64,000 nt of DNA, taken from Alphaproteobacteria bacterium. Lineage in GTDB: Bacteria > Pseudomonadota > Alphaproteobacteria > CALKHQ01. Numbering within the stretch: position 1 is the stretch's first letter; each line of letters opens with the position of its first letter. The notes under the pieces were generated by a model. The model did no database searches, was not told the DNA's origin, and worked only from the letters and a program-made list of their open reading frames with translations. The stretch spans positions 512,001 to 576,000 of the forward strand of contig CBDDFZ010000002.1 of assembly GCA_965227515.1 (NCBI GenBank). The letters are read 5' to 3'. Both the position numbers and the translations under genes were made by a program. Positions 46,511 through 56,869 of the stretch are shown here, one piece after another.

Positions 46511-46740
46511 TAACCCTCTCCCATTTCGGGAGAGGGTGGGACCCGCGAACCGAAGGGTCGCGGGAGGGTGAGGGTCAGCATGGTTTGCTGCGGCGACGTT
46601 GCCGCCGGTGTCCCATTGCCAATTCGATCCGGCCCACGACGCCCTCGATATTGCCTGTGATGAACATACGCTCTAGCCCTCACCCTCCCGTCGCCTGCGG
46701 CGCCGGGCCCCTCCCTCTCCCGAAATGGGAGAGGGGTTGG
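46511..46740. mobile_element. Inverted pair of CCCTCTCCC/CCCTCACCC REP-like repeats enclosing a 30-codon ORF remnant (REPIN/MITE-like)
   Basis: CCCTCTCCCATTTCGGGAGAGGG...GGGAGGGTGAGGG and its reverse complement at 46676-46740; internal minus ORF 46575-46667. Confidence 0.6.
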
Positions 46741-46801
46741 CCGCGACTTGTGGATCGGCTGGCGAGAGGTGTGAGGGCCAAAGCCTGTGGGCGCGACGCC
46801 C

Positions 46802-48034
46802 CTAGTTCCCGATCGCGTCGATGCGCTCGCAGGCGGCATCGGCGGCTTCCTGCGGGCTCGCCTCGCCACCGAAGATCTGCTGCATCATGTCGATCTCGAT
46901 GTCGGCGACCTGCAGGTAGTTCGGCGACAGCGGCCGCGGCGACGCATTGTTCAGGTGCTCGAAGATGCGGTCGGGGCCGACCCGGTTCTCCTCCAGGAAC
47001 GGGCGTGCCGCGTTCACGTTGGCCGGGATAAGGTCGACCACGTCGCCGTTCACTTCCGGGCTGGTCAGGAATTCGATGAACTTCCAGGCCGCTTCCTTGT
47101 GCTCCGACTGTTCGTAGATCACCAGGTTCCAGCCGCCATAGGTACCCACCGGCACCGCGTCGCCGGGCGCGTGGCCGACGATGAACTCCCAATCCAGGTC
47201 GGAACCCTGCAGGGTCGGCTGCTCCAGCGCCGGCCAGAACTCCATCGCCAGCGACCCGTTCAGGAACAGCTCGCGCATGTCGCCGGACGAGGCGTTCAGC
47301 ATGCCCTCCGGCGCATAGGGCGCCAGCGACAGCATGTACTCTAGCGCCTCCACCGAGGCCGGCTGGTTCAGCGCGCACGCGCCGCTGTCGTCCAGCACCG
47401 CGCCGCCGTTGGAATAGATGAACGAGTTCATCACCACCACCGTGTCCTCGCCGCGATGGGAGAACAGGCCGATGCCGTACTGGCCGGCATCGCGGTCGGT
47501 CAGCGCTTCGGCGGCCGCCTTCAGGCCGTCCCAGTCGGAGGCGGATGCCGGGTCGATGCCCGCCGCCTCGAACAGGGCATTGTTGTAGAAGGTGAACGAC
47601 CAGACATCGACGTTGAACGGCACGCCCCAGGTGTGGCCGTCGTAGTTCGCCGAGTCCCAGGCGCCGGGGAAGAAGTTCTCGGCGGCGACGCCCTCGCTGG
47701 CCGCGATCTGCTCGTCCAGCGGCACGATGGCGCCGGCGACCGCGAAGGCGGAATTCCAGATCTGGTCGACGGTGGAAACGTCCGGCGGATTGCCGCCCTG
47801 CACCGCCAGCATCAGGCGCTGCTGGTATTCCGGATAAGGCACCGTCACCACCTCGACCGTGATGCCGGGGTTGGCGGCCTCGAATCGGTCCACCGCCTCC
47901 TGCTGGTATTGGCTGAGGCCGGACTCGGTCTGCTGATTGTCCCAGAAGGTGAGCGTGATTTCCTGCGCCGACGCCAGGGCGGGCAACGCCACGCTGCCGC
48001 ACAGGGCAGTGGCCAGTAGTCTCAACTTCGTCAT
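46802..48034 (-). CDS. Carbohydrate ABC transporter substrate-binding protein
   Basis: GAGGAGG RBS, signal peptide, FEAANPGITVE, GNPPDV, AAWKFIEFL. Confidence 0.92.
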   Translation of the reverse strand: MTKLRLLATALCGSVALPALASAQEITLTFWDNQQTESGLSQYQQEAVDRFEAANPGITVEVVTVPYPEYQQRLMLAVQGGNPPDVSTVDQIWNSAFAVAGAIVPLDEQIAASEGVAAENFFPGAWDSANYDGHTWGVPFNVDVWSFTFYNNALFEAAGIDPASASDWDGLKAAAEALTDRDAGQYGIGLFSHRGEDTVVVMNSFIYSNGGAVLDDSGACALNQPASVEALEYMLSLAPYAPEGMLNASSGDMRELFLNGSLAMEFWPALEQPTLQGSDLDWEFIVGHAPGDAVPVGTYGGWNLVIYEQSEHKEAAWKFIEFLTSPEVNGDVVDLIPANVNAARPFLEENRVGPDRIFEHLNNASPRPLSPNYLQVADIEIDMMQQIFGGEASPQEAADAACERIDAIGN

Positions 48035-48083
48035 CCGGGTTTCCTCCTCGGTGTGGCAGGCCGGCGCGTGGATTCTTCCGATC

Positions 48084-48959
48084 CTAGCGGCCTGTGGTGA
48101 TGGGCAGCGGCACCCCCTCCGCGACATTGTCGATGGCGGTGACGTGCCAGCGGCCGAGATTGCTGGTGAACAGCGTCGTGCCGCGAAACGCGATGTTGGT
48201 CGGGTGGCAGAGCGTGTGGGCCAGCGGGTCGTCCACCAGCACCCGCACGTTGCCGGCCGGGTCGGCGCGCAGCACGCGCGAGGGCTCGTAGAGGCTGATG
48301 TAGAGGTTGCCGGCGGTGTCGAAGGCAAGGCCGTCGGGCAGGCCGGGCAGATTGTCGACGAACACTTCCGCGCCAGCCGGGTTGCCGTCGGGGCCGATGG
48401 CGATGCGCGCCACCCGGTTGGCGAAGGTCTCGATCACATAGAGCGACCGCCCGTCGGGCGCCAGGGCCATGCCGTTGGCGAACACCATGTCATCGCCATG
48501 CCACAGCCCGCCGTCGCCGGTCGCCAGGTCGAACCGCCACACGCCGGGCCCCGGTTTCGCGAAATCGAAGCTGTCGCTGACATAGAGGCAGCCGCGCCCG
48601 GCATCCACGACCGGGTAGTTGGGGATCTTCGGCCCTTTGGCGAAGGTGGTGACGGCGCCACTGTTGGGATCCAGCCGCTTTACATCGGCGGCCTTCAGGT
48701 CGCAGGCATAGACCGCACCCGCCGCGTCGAAGCACAGGCCCAGGATGAAGCCGCCGGTCTCACCCATCTGGCGGATGCTGCTGCCATCGGCCTCGACCCG
48801 CACCAGCAGGCCGGTCTCGGTGCCGCACCAGACCGCACCGTCGGGCGCCACCGCAATCCCTTCGGGATGGGCCAGCTTCGGCTCGGCGAATATGCCGTCG
48901 AAATGGACGCGCATGGCGTCCGCAGGCAGCACCGGCTCACCGTCGAATGGAAACCCCAT
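48084..48959 (-). CDS. SMP-30/gluconolactonase family protein
   Basis: HPEGIAV, PNY, ANGMALAPDG, PDGLAFD, PTNIAF beta-propeller motifs. Confidence 0.9.
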   Translation of the reverse strand: MGFPFDGEPVLPADAMRVHFDGIFAEPKLAHPEGIAVAPDGAVWCGTETGLLVRVEADGSSIRQMGETGGFILGLCFDAAGAVYACDLKAADVKRLDPNSGAVTTFAKGPKIPNYPVVDAGRGCLYVSDSFDFAKPGPGVWRFDLATGDGGLWHGDDMVFANGMALAPDGRSLYVIETFANRVARIAIGPDGNPAGAEVFVDNLPGLPDGLAFDTAGNLYISLYEPSRVLRADPAGNVRVLVDDPLAHTLCHPTNIAFRGTTLFTSNLGRWHVTAIDNVAEGVPLPITTGR

Positions 48960-49075
48960 GTCTGAAACGTTGCCTCCCCCTGCGCGCCGGTGTCGGCCGC
49001 ATTTCCGCCGCGATGGCGAGCATATACCAACGATCCCGGTTTGCCAGAGGCAGGGTGCCCCGGCGATGTTGCCCT

Positions 49076-49219
49076 GACGGCCAATTGCCCAGACGGCCAA
49101 TTGCCCAGACGGCCAATTGCCCAGACGGCCAATTGCCCAGACGGCCAATTGCCCAGACGGCCAATTGCCCAGACGGCCAATTGCCCAGACGGCCAATTGC
49201 CCAGACGGCCATTCGCCCG
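49076..49219. repeat. 16-bp tandem repeat (GACGGCCAATTGCCCA) x8 plus one degenerate unit
   Basis: Eight identical units at 49076-49203; ninth unit GACGGCCATTCGCCCG. Confidence 0.95.
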
Positions 49220-49292
49220 GACAAGCTGTCCGATGGACAAACCTGCGGCCCGCGTACCAGGATGCGGCAATCGCAGGAATGGAGGTGTTGCC

Positions 49293-49712
49293 ATGATAAA
49301 CGTCGCGCGCCTGCTTGGCGCTTGCCTGGTTGGCCTTGTCGTATTGCCGGTGCTCGCTACGTTGCCGGCCCATGCGCAGAACGCGATCGACAAGCCGATT
49401 GCGAGCTACGTGGCGCTGCTCAGTTCGCGCGACCATTTCAACTCCAACGGTGTGCGCCTGACCGAGCCTTGGCAGATCATCCGCCAGGACCGGGCCAACT
49501 TCCACCGCTACGGCATACGCGACCCGCAGGACGAGTGGGACAGCTTCTTCGCGTCGATCGACAATCGCGCCGCGGCCGAACAGATGCTGATGAACGGCTA
49601 TATCGAGCCGAGCGCGCGCAATGCCATCGTCAATGGCGAGGTGCTGGTGCGGGTGTTCGTCATCACAGGGCCCGGCGATGTCGGCCTGGTCATTCGCGTC
49701 GAGGTATTGTGA
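49293..49712 (+). CDS. Secreted hypothetical protein
   Basis: GGAGG RBS; signal peptide ending AHA; DHFNSNGVRL...IIRQDRANFH motif. Confidence 0.8.
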   Translation: MINVARLLGACLVGLVVLPVLATLPAHAQNAIDKPIASYVALLSSRDHFNSNGVRLTEPWQIIRQDRANFHRYGIRDPQDEWDSFFASIDNRAAAEQMLMNGYIEPSARNAIVNGEVLVRVFVITGPGDVGLVIRVEVL

Positions 49713-50536
49713 GGCGCCTTCTGCCCGCGCTCGCGGTCCTCTTCCTTCCGCTCGCCGCTGCCGCCCAGGACTGCGCGCTGGTCGACTGGCTTGCGGTGCC
49801 ATTGGACGTGCGCAACGCCGACCCGATGGAGCTGGCGCTGGAGCAGGCCTATCCGGGGCTGGACCTGGACATGGCGGCCGGCATCGTGCGCATGCCCAAT
49901 GGCGGCGAGGTGCCGTTTGCGCCGGCCCAGGACGTGGCGCCGGCGGTGCGGCTGGAAACGGCCACGGTCGGCGACCAGTTTGTCTACGTCTACCCGCTGG
50001 CTTTCGACCTGGAACCGCGGCGCGCGCCCTATGTCGATCCGGGCCGGCCGCGCAACGATGCCTTCTTTCGGGCGCTGTGGTTCGCCGAGCAGGGCAGTGC
50101 CGCCGCGAGCCTGGTCGGCGTCAGCTTCAACGGGCAGACGCTCACCGCGCCCTTCCAGGCGACCCACAAGTTCTGCGTCGATGCGCAGCTCGATGCAGCG
50201 CTCGATGCCATCGCCCAGCTTGGGCCGGAGTTCGAGCGTTTCCTCGACAACTCCGGCGGCAGCTTCAACTGGCGGGTCATCGCCGGCACCCAGCGGCTGA
50301 GCGCCCACAGCTTCGGTATCGCCGTTGATTTCAACGCGCAGCTTGGCGGCTATTGGCGCTGGTCGGGGGCGGCGCCGGGCGAGGCAACCGAATTCAACAA
50401 CCAGTTCCCGCCTGAGATCGTGCAGGCGATGGAGCGCTACGGCTTCATCTGGGGCGGCAAGTGGCACCATTTCGACGGCATGCACTTCGAGTACCGGCCG
50501 GAGCTGATCCTCTACGCCCGGCTGGTCGGCGGGTGA
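49709..50536 (+). CDS. M15 family peptidoglycan metallopeptidase
   Basis: GTGA overlap start, signal peptide, FNWRVIAGT, SAHSFGIAVD (SxHxxGxAxD), GFIWGGKW, DGMHFEYRPE. Confidence 0.9.
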   Translation: MRRLLPALAVLFLPLAAAAQDCALVDWLAVPLDVRNADPMELALEQAYPGLDLDMAAGIVRMPNGGEVPFAPAQDVAPAVRLETATVGDQFVYVYPLAFDLEPRRAPYVDPGRPRNDAFFRALWFAEQGSAAASLVGVSFNGQTLTAPFQATHKFCVDAQLDAALDAIAQLGPEFERFLDNSGGSFNWRVIAGTQRLSAHSFGIAVDFNAQLGGYWRWSGAAPGEATEFNNQFPPEIVQAMERYGFIWGGKWHHFDGMHFEYRPELILYARLVGG

Positions 50537-50550
50537 GGCGAGGGCGTTGC

Positions 50551-51867
50551 ATGATCGGCTCCCTGCGCGCCGGTCTCGCGATTGGCACCGTCTGCCTGGC
50601 GCTTGTCGCCGTTGCGCCTGACGCGCGGGCCCAGGATGCGGCGGCGTGCCATCAAGACCCGTCGCCCGCGTGTGCGGTGGAACTGGGGCGCGAGGCATTT
50701 GGCCGTGTCGCGTTCGACCCGGAGCATCCGCACGACTGGCTGCTGGCCGCCATCGACCTGGCAGGTGCCGAAGTCGCCATGGGCAACCGTGGCGACGCCT
50801 ATGCCACCCTCGGCGCGGCGACCAACAACATCTACGGGATCGAGGATGCGCCGGGCCGCGAAGGCGAGCTGATCTATTTGGCCGAGGGGCTGGCCGGGAT
50901 CGGCCTGTTCGAGGAAGCGGCCGACGTCGCCGCGTCCATCGGTGCCGACGGTTATCGCTATTCCGCCAAGGTCGGGATCGTGCGCGCCTATGCCGCCGCC
51001 GGCATGTATCGCGACGCCGCCATTTTCATCCGCACCATCCCCGACCCGCCCTCGCAGCGCGATGCCTGGCGCGCCATGGTGTTCGCCTTTGCCGAGGCCG
51101 GGCTGGACGATGAGGCGGTCACCGCCGCGATGCAGATCGACAACCCGTTCGCGCGCGTCGAGGCGCTGCGCGGGGCCGGCGTGGCGTTCGAAGGCACGGA
51201 GGTGGTGGACGATCCGCAGGCCATGATTGATGAAACACTGGCGGAGATCGGGGCCGGCGGCCCTGGCCCGTTTGCCGTCTACGACCTTGTCGACACGGCA
51301 CTGGTCATGGCCGCTCTTGGCATGACCGCGCAGGCCGACGAGGTGCTGGCCCATGCGGCGGAGCAGGCGGCCGGCGCCGACCACGCCACGGCCCATGCCA
51401 ATACCCACCTGCGCATCGCGCTCGCCCACGCCGCCTTGGGGCAAATGGACCGGGCCCAGGCGGTTGCCGACCTGATCCAGATCTCGAATTACCGGTCGGG
51501 CGCGTACCGCGACATTGCGCTCGCCTACGCCAACGCCGACATGGCGGCAGAGGCGGCCGCCGCGTTCGATGCGGCACTCGACGCCATCGGCCTGGAAGCC
51601 GAGCCGGTTCGCAGCGGCGGGCAGCTCTGGATCGTGCAGGCGATGGTCGCGGCCGGCGACCTCGACCGGGCGCGCGCGGTCGCCGAGGGTATCGAACGGC
51701 CCGAGGACCGCGCGTATGCGCAGCGCGATGTCGCCGAGGCATTGGCGGTGGATGGACGCTTCGCAGACGCGCTCGACATCGCTGCCGCGATCACGGACCC
51801 GCTCTTCGCCACGCGCGCCTACGCCGCCACCGCCCTCGCGATGACGGAGGCCGCCAACGGCGGCTGA
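50551..51867 (+). CDS. Secreted TPR-like helical repeat protein, paralogue 1
   Basis: Signal peptide, CHQDPSPAC motif, Ala-rich helical repeats. Confidence 0.75.
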   Translation: MIGSLRAGLAIGTVCLALVAVAPDARAQDAAACHQDPSPACAVELGREAFGRVAFDPEHPHDWLLAAIDLAGAEVAMGNRGDAYATLGAATNNIYGIEDAPGREGELIYLAEGLAGIGLFEEAADVAASIGADGYRYSAKVGIVRAYAAAGMYRDAAIFIRTIPDPPSQRDAWRAMVFAFAEAGLDDEAVTAAMQIDNPFARVEALRGAGVAFEGTEVVDDPQAMIDETLAEIGAGGPGPFAVYDLVDTALVMAALGMTAQADEVLAHAAEQAAGADHATAHANTHLRIALAHAALGQMDRAQAVADLIQISNYRSGAYRDIALAYANADMAAEAAAAFDAALDAIGLEAEPVRSGGQLWIVQAMVAAGDLDRARAVAEGIERPEDRAYAQRDVAEALAVDGRFADALDIAAAITDPLFATRAYAATALAMTEAANGG

Positions 51868-51902
51868 CCGGCCACGATCCTGCGCCGGGTGCAGGCTGCA
51901 GA

Positions 51903-52310
51903 TCAGTAGACGTTGATGATGATGCCGCGGCTCTTCAGGAAAGCCACCAATTGCGCGCGACCGGCCTCGGTCGTCACTTCCTCGGAATCGTTCTCCGCGG
52001 CGGCATTCTTCAGCGCTTCTATGCATTCCTGCGGCTGCTCGCTGCAATCGTAAATATTACCGCTGTCGATCACGTAGCTGCCATTCCCGAGTATTACATA
52101 TGAACCTTTGTCGATGACGCCTTCGTCTGCTTCGCCATTCACGGCGACATAGGCCGTCGTCTCACCGACGCGAATCCATGTCTCTTCGCCGGAAAGGATG
52201 GAGGCGTTCAACATCTCCTGGTACCAGTCGACGGCAAACACTGGCGTGGCGGCGGCAAAGGTCGAAATGCAGGCAGCCGCAAGCGCGGCCGGGATCAAAG
52301 CGGTCTTCAT
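51903..52310 (-). CDS. Secreted hypothetical protein
   Basis: GGGAG RBS; signal peptide MKTALIPAALAAAC...VFA; 135 aa. Confidence 0.7.
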   Translation of the reverse strand: MKTALIPAALAAACISTFAAATPVFAVDWYQEMLNASILSGEETWIRVGETTAYVAVNGEADEGVIDKGSYVILGNGSYVIDSGNIYDCSEQPQECIEALKNAAAENDSEEVTTEAGRAQLVAFLKSRGIIINVY

Positions 52311-52707
52311 TGTTTCAAGCTCCCGTGGATTGTCATTCGGCGACCGGGGGCGCGCGCTGTGGTTGCCTTGGTGCCAAGGCGCGTGCAACCCGTAAGCCGG
52401 CAACAACACAATTGGGTTGCGAATTTGGCGAAATCCGGCCGGCTCGATGAAATATTGTGAATTCGCGCATACATCTTTGCCCGTTTTTCGCGCTGCTTTT
52501 TTTGCGGCCGGATTGCAAGGCAACGCAATCGGAACGCAGGCGTGCTGACAATACAAAGAGGAAATTGAGAAGTCAAAAGGCCAGGTTTCACCTTTTTGGC
52601 GTAGATTCAACCCGCTCAAAGTTGCGTAACAATGTTTGGGTCTTGCGGTCTGGAAGGCCCAGCGCTAAGAACTTGATTGAGCAGATCATTGAAGAAGGGG
52701 TTGGCAA

Positions 52708-54051
52708 ATGGCATTCACGGTTCATCGCTCGCGCTCAATGCTTTCGCCCTCAATGCCATTTTGGCACGCTATTGCCGTGTCGCTCTTGTTCTTCGGCCTC
52801 AGTTCGTCGCCGGCTCAATCTTCCGAAGACTGCTTTGCGGTGCCAACCGCTAGTTGTTTGGCAGCTTCGGCATTCGATCTGTCCCAGCAAGCCGACTTCG
52901 ACGGCGCTGCGACGGAAACGGTCGAGGCCTGGTCATGGGCCGTCGCTGAGATAGCCGTGGCGCTCGATGCCGTGGGACGGACCGAAGATGGGGCTGCGGT
53001 TCTCCAACGGCTGATCGAACCGGCCAATGAGATATCGAACTTTGGTACCCGCAGCAATGCCATCAGCCGGATCGCCCAAGCTTACGCGAGAATGGGGCTG
53101 GTGGATGAGGCGATGGCGGTGACCGATACACTGGACGGCACGGATTCCGTGCACGGAATCCGCATGGAGATCGTCAGCCACCTTGCCATTGCCGACGAGA
53201 TCGCGCAGGCAACCGAGATTGCCGAACTGATAGAAGGCGGACTCCAGCGCGATTGGGCAATGTCGTTCTTGGCCGTTGCCTACGGTCGTGCCGGCCAAGT
53301 CGACCCGGCAATGGATGCTGTGGCCGCCATCCAAATGCCAGAGGTTCGTGCAACTGGCCTGCGGCAAGTTGCTTTGGCGTTGTGTGCCAATGGATTTCAT
53401 GACCTGGCCCCGGGGTTCCTGGAACGTGCTATCGCAACATGGGACGAGGCATCGCCTAGTGGCTCGCAACGCCTGACGGGCGATTTCTGGATCACCTTTG
53501 CATTCGCCGAGTGCGGCTTGACGGAGCAAGCGCTCGAGCGCCTCGCCCGCGCTGCGGACGAGATAGCGGCTCTCGGCCCAGGGTCGCAGCAAGAACAATT
53601 CCTGTCGTCCCTGGCGGATGGATACGCGCGGGCGGGAATGTTCGAAGCTGCCGAGGAAGCCGTTCTTCAGATCCCAGCGGGCTTTAGACGCGAGAGTGCG
53701 TATCAGAGGGTCGCAAATGCATGCCTTGCATCGGGTCAGACGGACCGCGCGATCGAGAACATGCAGCGGGCCCTGGATGTTTTTGCCGAGCGGACCTCGG
53801 TCTCCGATTGGGCGATCGGCTGGATAGTGGGCGATCTCGCAGCCGTGGGCATGTTCGAGAGTGCCGATGATCTTGTGCGAGGAATCGAAGACCCGCAAAC
53901 GCTGATGGCCGCCAGTCGAGATATTGCATTGTCATACGTGCGGGAGGGCATGCTGGGCGACGCTGTCGCTACGGCGATACTGAACGAGGAACCGCACTGG
54001 CGCGCGATGGTTCTTGCGAGCATTGTCGCTGAAGTCGTGGTGCTCGAATAG
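52708..54051 (+). CDS. Secreted TPR-like helical repeat protein, paralogue 2
   Basis: Signal peptide, CFAVPTASC motif, helical repeats; start may be 52738 or 52753; visibly more A/T at third codon positions. Confidence 0.72.
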   Translation: MAFTVHRSRSMLSPSMPFWHAIAVSLLFFGLSSSPAQSSEDCFAVPTASCLAASAFDLSQQADFDGAATETVEAWSWAVAEIAVALDAVGRTEDGAAVLQRLIEPANEISNFGTRSNAISRIAQAYARMGLVDEAMAVTDTLDGTDSVHGIRMEIVSHLAIADEIAQATEIAELIEGGLQRDWAMSFLAVAYGRAGQVDPAMDAVAAIQMPEVRATGLRQVALALCANGFHDLAPGFLERAIATWDEASPSGSQRLTGDFWITFAFAECGLTEQALERLARAADEIAALGPGSQQEQFLSSLADGYARAGMFEAAEEAVLQIPAGFRRESAYQRVANACLASGQTDRAIENMQRALDVFAERTSVSDWAIGWIVGDLAAVGMFESADDLVRGIEDPQTLMAASRDIALSYVREGMLGDAVATAILNEEPHWRAMVLASIVAEVVVLE

Positions 54052-54163
54052 GCGCGGTCTCGGCGGCAGTTGACAGCAGCCGCGAACGGCAATTGATCCG
54101 GAGCTGAAATTCCCCTCTCCCGTCGTGGGCCACCAGATTCACGCATCTCGCCGGTACCAAATT

Positions 54164-54339
54164 GTCATCCTCGCCCTTGTGGCGAGGATCCATTTATGTC
54201 CGAAATATCAATAGTTTACAGGATATTCGCCCGCCTGGGGGCGGCTAACTCGCGCTGAGCCCGCGCAGGCTTCGAGCACACCAAGCTCCTCTTCAGGCCT
54301 TGCACGTCGATGGGTCCTCGGCACAAGGCCGAGGACGAC
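54164..54339. repeat. CGTC-type repeat pair flanking a ~115-bp spacer
   Basis: GTCATCCTCGCCCTTGTGGCGAGGATCCA ... TGGGTCCTCGGCACAAGGCCGAGGACGAC. Confidence 0.75.
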
Positions 54340-54442
54340 AAATTCTCTTGTGGTTGGGATCGAGCAACCCAGGCGCGAGATGTGTGAATGTCGTAGGCAC
54401 AGCCGGACGGGAGGGTGAAAGGGGAAGCCTCTTTGGCGCCAC

Positions 54443-56869
54443 CTACTCCGGCAGCAGGATCTCGCGCTTGCCGACGTGGTTGGCGGCCGAGACCAGGCCC
54501 TCGCGCTCCATCCGCTCGATGATGCGGGCGGCGCGGTTGTAGCCGATCTGCAGATGGCGCTGGACGAAGCTGGTCGAGGCCTTGCGCTCGGCCTGGATCA
54601 GCTCCACCGCCTGGCGGTAGAGGTCGTCGCCATCGTCCCCGTCGCCGCCATCGGTCGCTGCGCCGAAGCCCGGAATGCCGGCGGCGACGTCCTCGTCCTC
54701 GGTGACTGAGCGCTCGTAGAGCGGGTCGCCCTGCGCCTTCAGGAACGCACACACGCGCTCCACCTCGTCGTCGCTGACGAACGGGCCGTGGACACGGGTC
54801 ACCCGCCCGCCGGCCGCCATGTAGAGCATGTCGCCCTGGCCCAGAAGCTGCTCGGCGCCCTGTTCGCCCAGGATGGTGCGGCTGTCGATCTTCGACGTGA
54901 CCTGGAAGCTGATGCGGGTCGGCAAGTTGGCCTTGATGGTGCCGGTGATGACGTCGACCGAGGGCCGTTGCGTCGCCAGGATCAGGTGGATGCCAGCGGC
55001 GCGCGCCATCTGCGCCAGGCGCTGGATCGCGGCCTCGATGTCCTTGCCGGCGACCAGCATCAGGTCGGCGATCTCGTCGGCCACCACCACGATGAAGGGC
55101 AGTGGCGCCAGGTCCAGCTCCTGCTCCTCGAACACCGGCGCGCCGGTGTCGTCGTCGAAGCCGGTCTGCACGGTGCGCATCAGGGGCTTGCCCTTGGACC
55201 GCGCCTCGGCGAGCTGGGCGTTGTAGCTGCCGATATTGCGCACGCCCAGTTTCGACATGGCGCGGTAGCGGTCCTCCATCTCGCGCACCACCCACTTCAG
55301 CGCCACCACCGCCTTGCGCGGGTCGGTGACGACGGGGGAGAGCAGGTGCGGGATGCCGTCGTAGACCGACAGCTCCAGCATCTTCGGGTCGATCATGATG
55401 AAGCGCACGTCGCGCGGGGTCAGCCGGTACAGCAGCGACAGGATCATCGCGTTGATCGCCACCGACTTGCCGGAGCCAGTGGTGCCGGCGACCAGCAGGT
55501 GGGGCATCTTGGCCAGGTCGGCGATCACGGCTGAGCCGCCGATATCCTTGCCCAGCACCAGCGGCAGCTTGGTCGCCGCCTTCTCGTAGGCGCGGCTGGC
55601 CAACAGGTCGCGCAGCAGCACCATCTCGCGCTCGCGGTTCGGCAGCTCGATGCCGATGGTCGACTGCCCCGGCACCACCGCCACGCGCACGGATACCGCG
55701 CTCATCGACCGGGCGAGGTCGTCGGCGAGCCCGATGACCCGCGAGGTCTTGGTGCCCGGCGCCGGCTCCAGCTCATAGAGCGTCACCACCGGGCCGGGGC
55801 GCACCTTCACGATCTCGCCGTTGACACCGAAATCCTTCAGCACGGACTCTAGCAGGTGGGCGTTGTTCTTCAGCCCGGCCTCGTCGATCTTGCGGCCGGT
55901 GTTGACCTGCACCTCGTCCAGCAGGTTCACGTCCGGAATGTCGAAGGCGAAGGTCTCGTCCAGCGCCAGCGACTTCTGCGCCGCGTTGCGGGTGCCGCGC
56001 GCCGGCCTGGGGGCGGCCGGGGTCTCCACCAGGTCCTCGCTGACAGCGGCGGGTTCCACCCGCGGCCCGGGCGTCGCCGGGGCTTCCGCCGGTGTGTCCT
56101 GCAGATGCGGCTCCACCCGCACCAGCGGCGCCACCGTCTCCTCGGCTGCCGATTGGGGTGCCGCTCCGCGCGCCGGGCGGCGTAGGCGCGCCCGGCCGGC
56201 GCCCGCCAGTGCGCCAACGCCGCGCACCGCCCACCAGATGCCGCGACCGAGCGCGCGCCAGTCGCCACGACCGAGCGCCACCGCCGGCACGAAGGTAATC
56301 AGCGCCAATGCGCCCGCCGCCCAGGCGACCATGCCCGGGCCGACCGAAGGCGCCAGGCTCTGCACGCCCACGGTCACGTCGCGCAGCAGAACGGTGCCCA
56401 GCGTGCCGCCCAGCCCGGCGCGCAGCGACCACGCCTCGCCGGGGGCGAGCCCGGCCAGCGCCATCGCCGCTGCGATCACGCAAATCGGCAGCATGGTCAG
56501 CCGTACCCAAACCGGGCTGATGCCGCGATAGCCGATCAGGCGCCAGCCCCAGGCGGCGAAAATCACCACCAACAGGACGGCGGCGACGCCCAACGGCTGC
56601 AACAGCGCATCGGCGGCATAGGCGCCGGGGCTGCCCAGCCAGTTCGAGGTGCCGCTATCGGCGGTCGCGGTGTTCCACGACGGGTCGCTCGGCGAATAGC
56701 TCAGCAGGGCCACGGCCAACGCGACCGCCAGCACGACGAGCCCCAGGCCGGCCAGCTCGGACAGCCTTCGGTGCAGAAACCACACCGCGGTCTGCGGCAG
56801 GAACGGCGCCCGCCCCTGGCTGGAAGATTTCGCGCGGCCGCGGCGGCCCTCGCTTGCCGTTACCGTCAT
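54443..56869 (-). CDS. ftsK: DNA translocase FtsK
   Basis: N-terminal TM domain (DPSWN, NWLG), [39 protein letters not shown], gamma domain [11 protein letters not shown]; ATG 56869. Confidence 0.96.
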   Translation of the reverse strand: MTVTASEGRRGRAKSSSQGRAPFLPQTAVWFLHRRLSELAGLGLVVLAVALAVALLSYSPSDPSWNTATADSGTSNWLGSPGAYAADALLQPLGVAAVLLVVIFAAWGWRLIGYRGISPVWVRLTMLPICVIAAAMALAGLAPGEAWSLRAGLGGTLGTVLLRDVTVGVQSLAPSVGPGMVAWAAGALALITFVPAVALGRGDWRALGRGIWWAVRGVGALAGAGRARLRRPARGAAPQSAAEETVAPLVRVEPHLQDTPAEAPATPGPRVEPAAVSEDLVETPAAPRPARGTRNAAQKSLALDETFAFDIPDVNLLDEVQVNTGRKIDEAGLKNNAHLLESVLKDFGVNGEIVKVRPGPVVTLYELEPAPGTKTSRVIGLADDLARSMSAVSVRVAVVPGQSTIGIELPNREREMVLLRDLLASRAYEKAATKLPLVLGKDIGGSAVIADLAKMPHLLVAGTTGSGKSVAINAMILSLLYRLTPRDVRFIMIDPKMLELSVYDGIPHLLSPVVTDPRKAVVALKWVVREMEDRYRAMSKLGVRNIGSYNAQLAEARSKGKPLMRTVQTGFDDDTGAPVFEEQELDLAPLPFIVVVADEIADLMLVAGKDIEAAIQRLAQMARAAGIHLILATQRPSVDVITGTIKANLPTRISFQVTSKIDSRTILGEQGAEQLLGQGDMLYMAAGGRVTRVHGPFVSDDEVERVCAFLKAQGDPLYERSVTEDEDVAAGIPGFGAATDGGDGDDGDDLYRQAVELIQAERKASTSFVQRHLQIGYNRAARIIERMEREGLVSAANHVGKREILLPE

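Noticed and set aside
49076-49219. Possible CRISPR array
   Set aside because: Units are contiguous 16-mers with no spacers, and there are no cas genes in the window.
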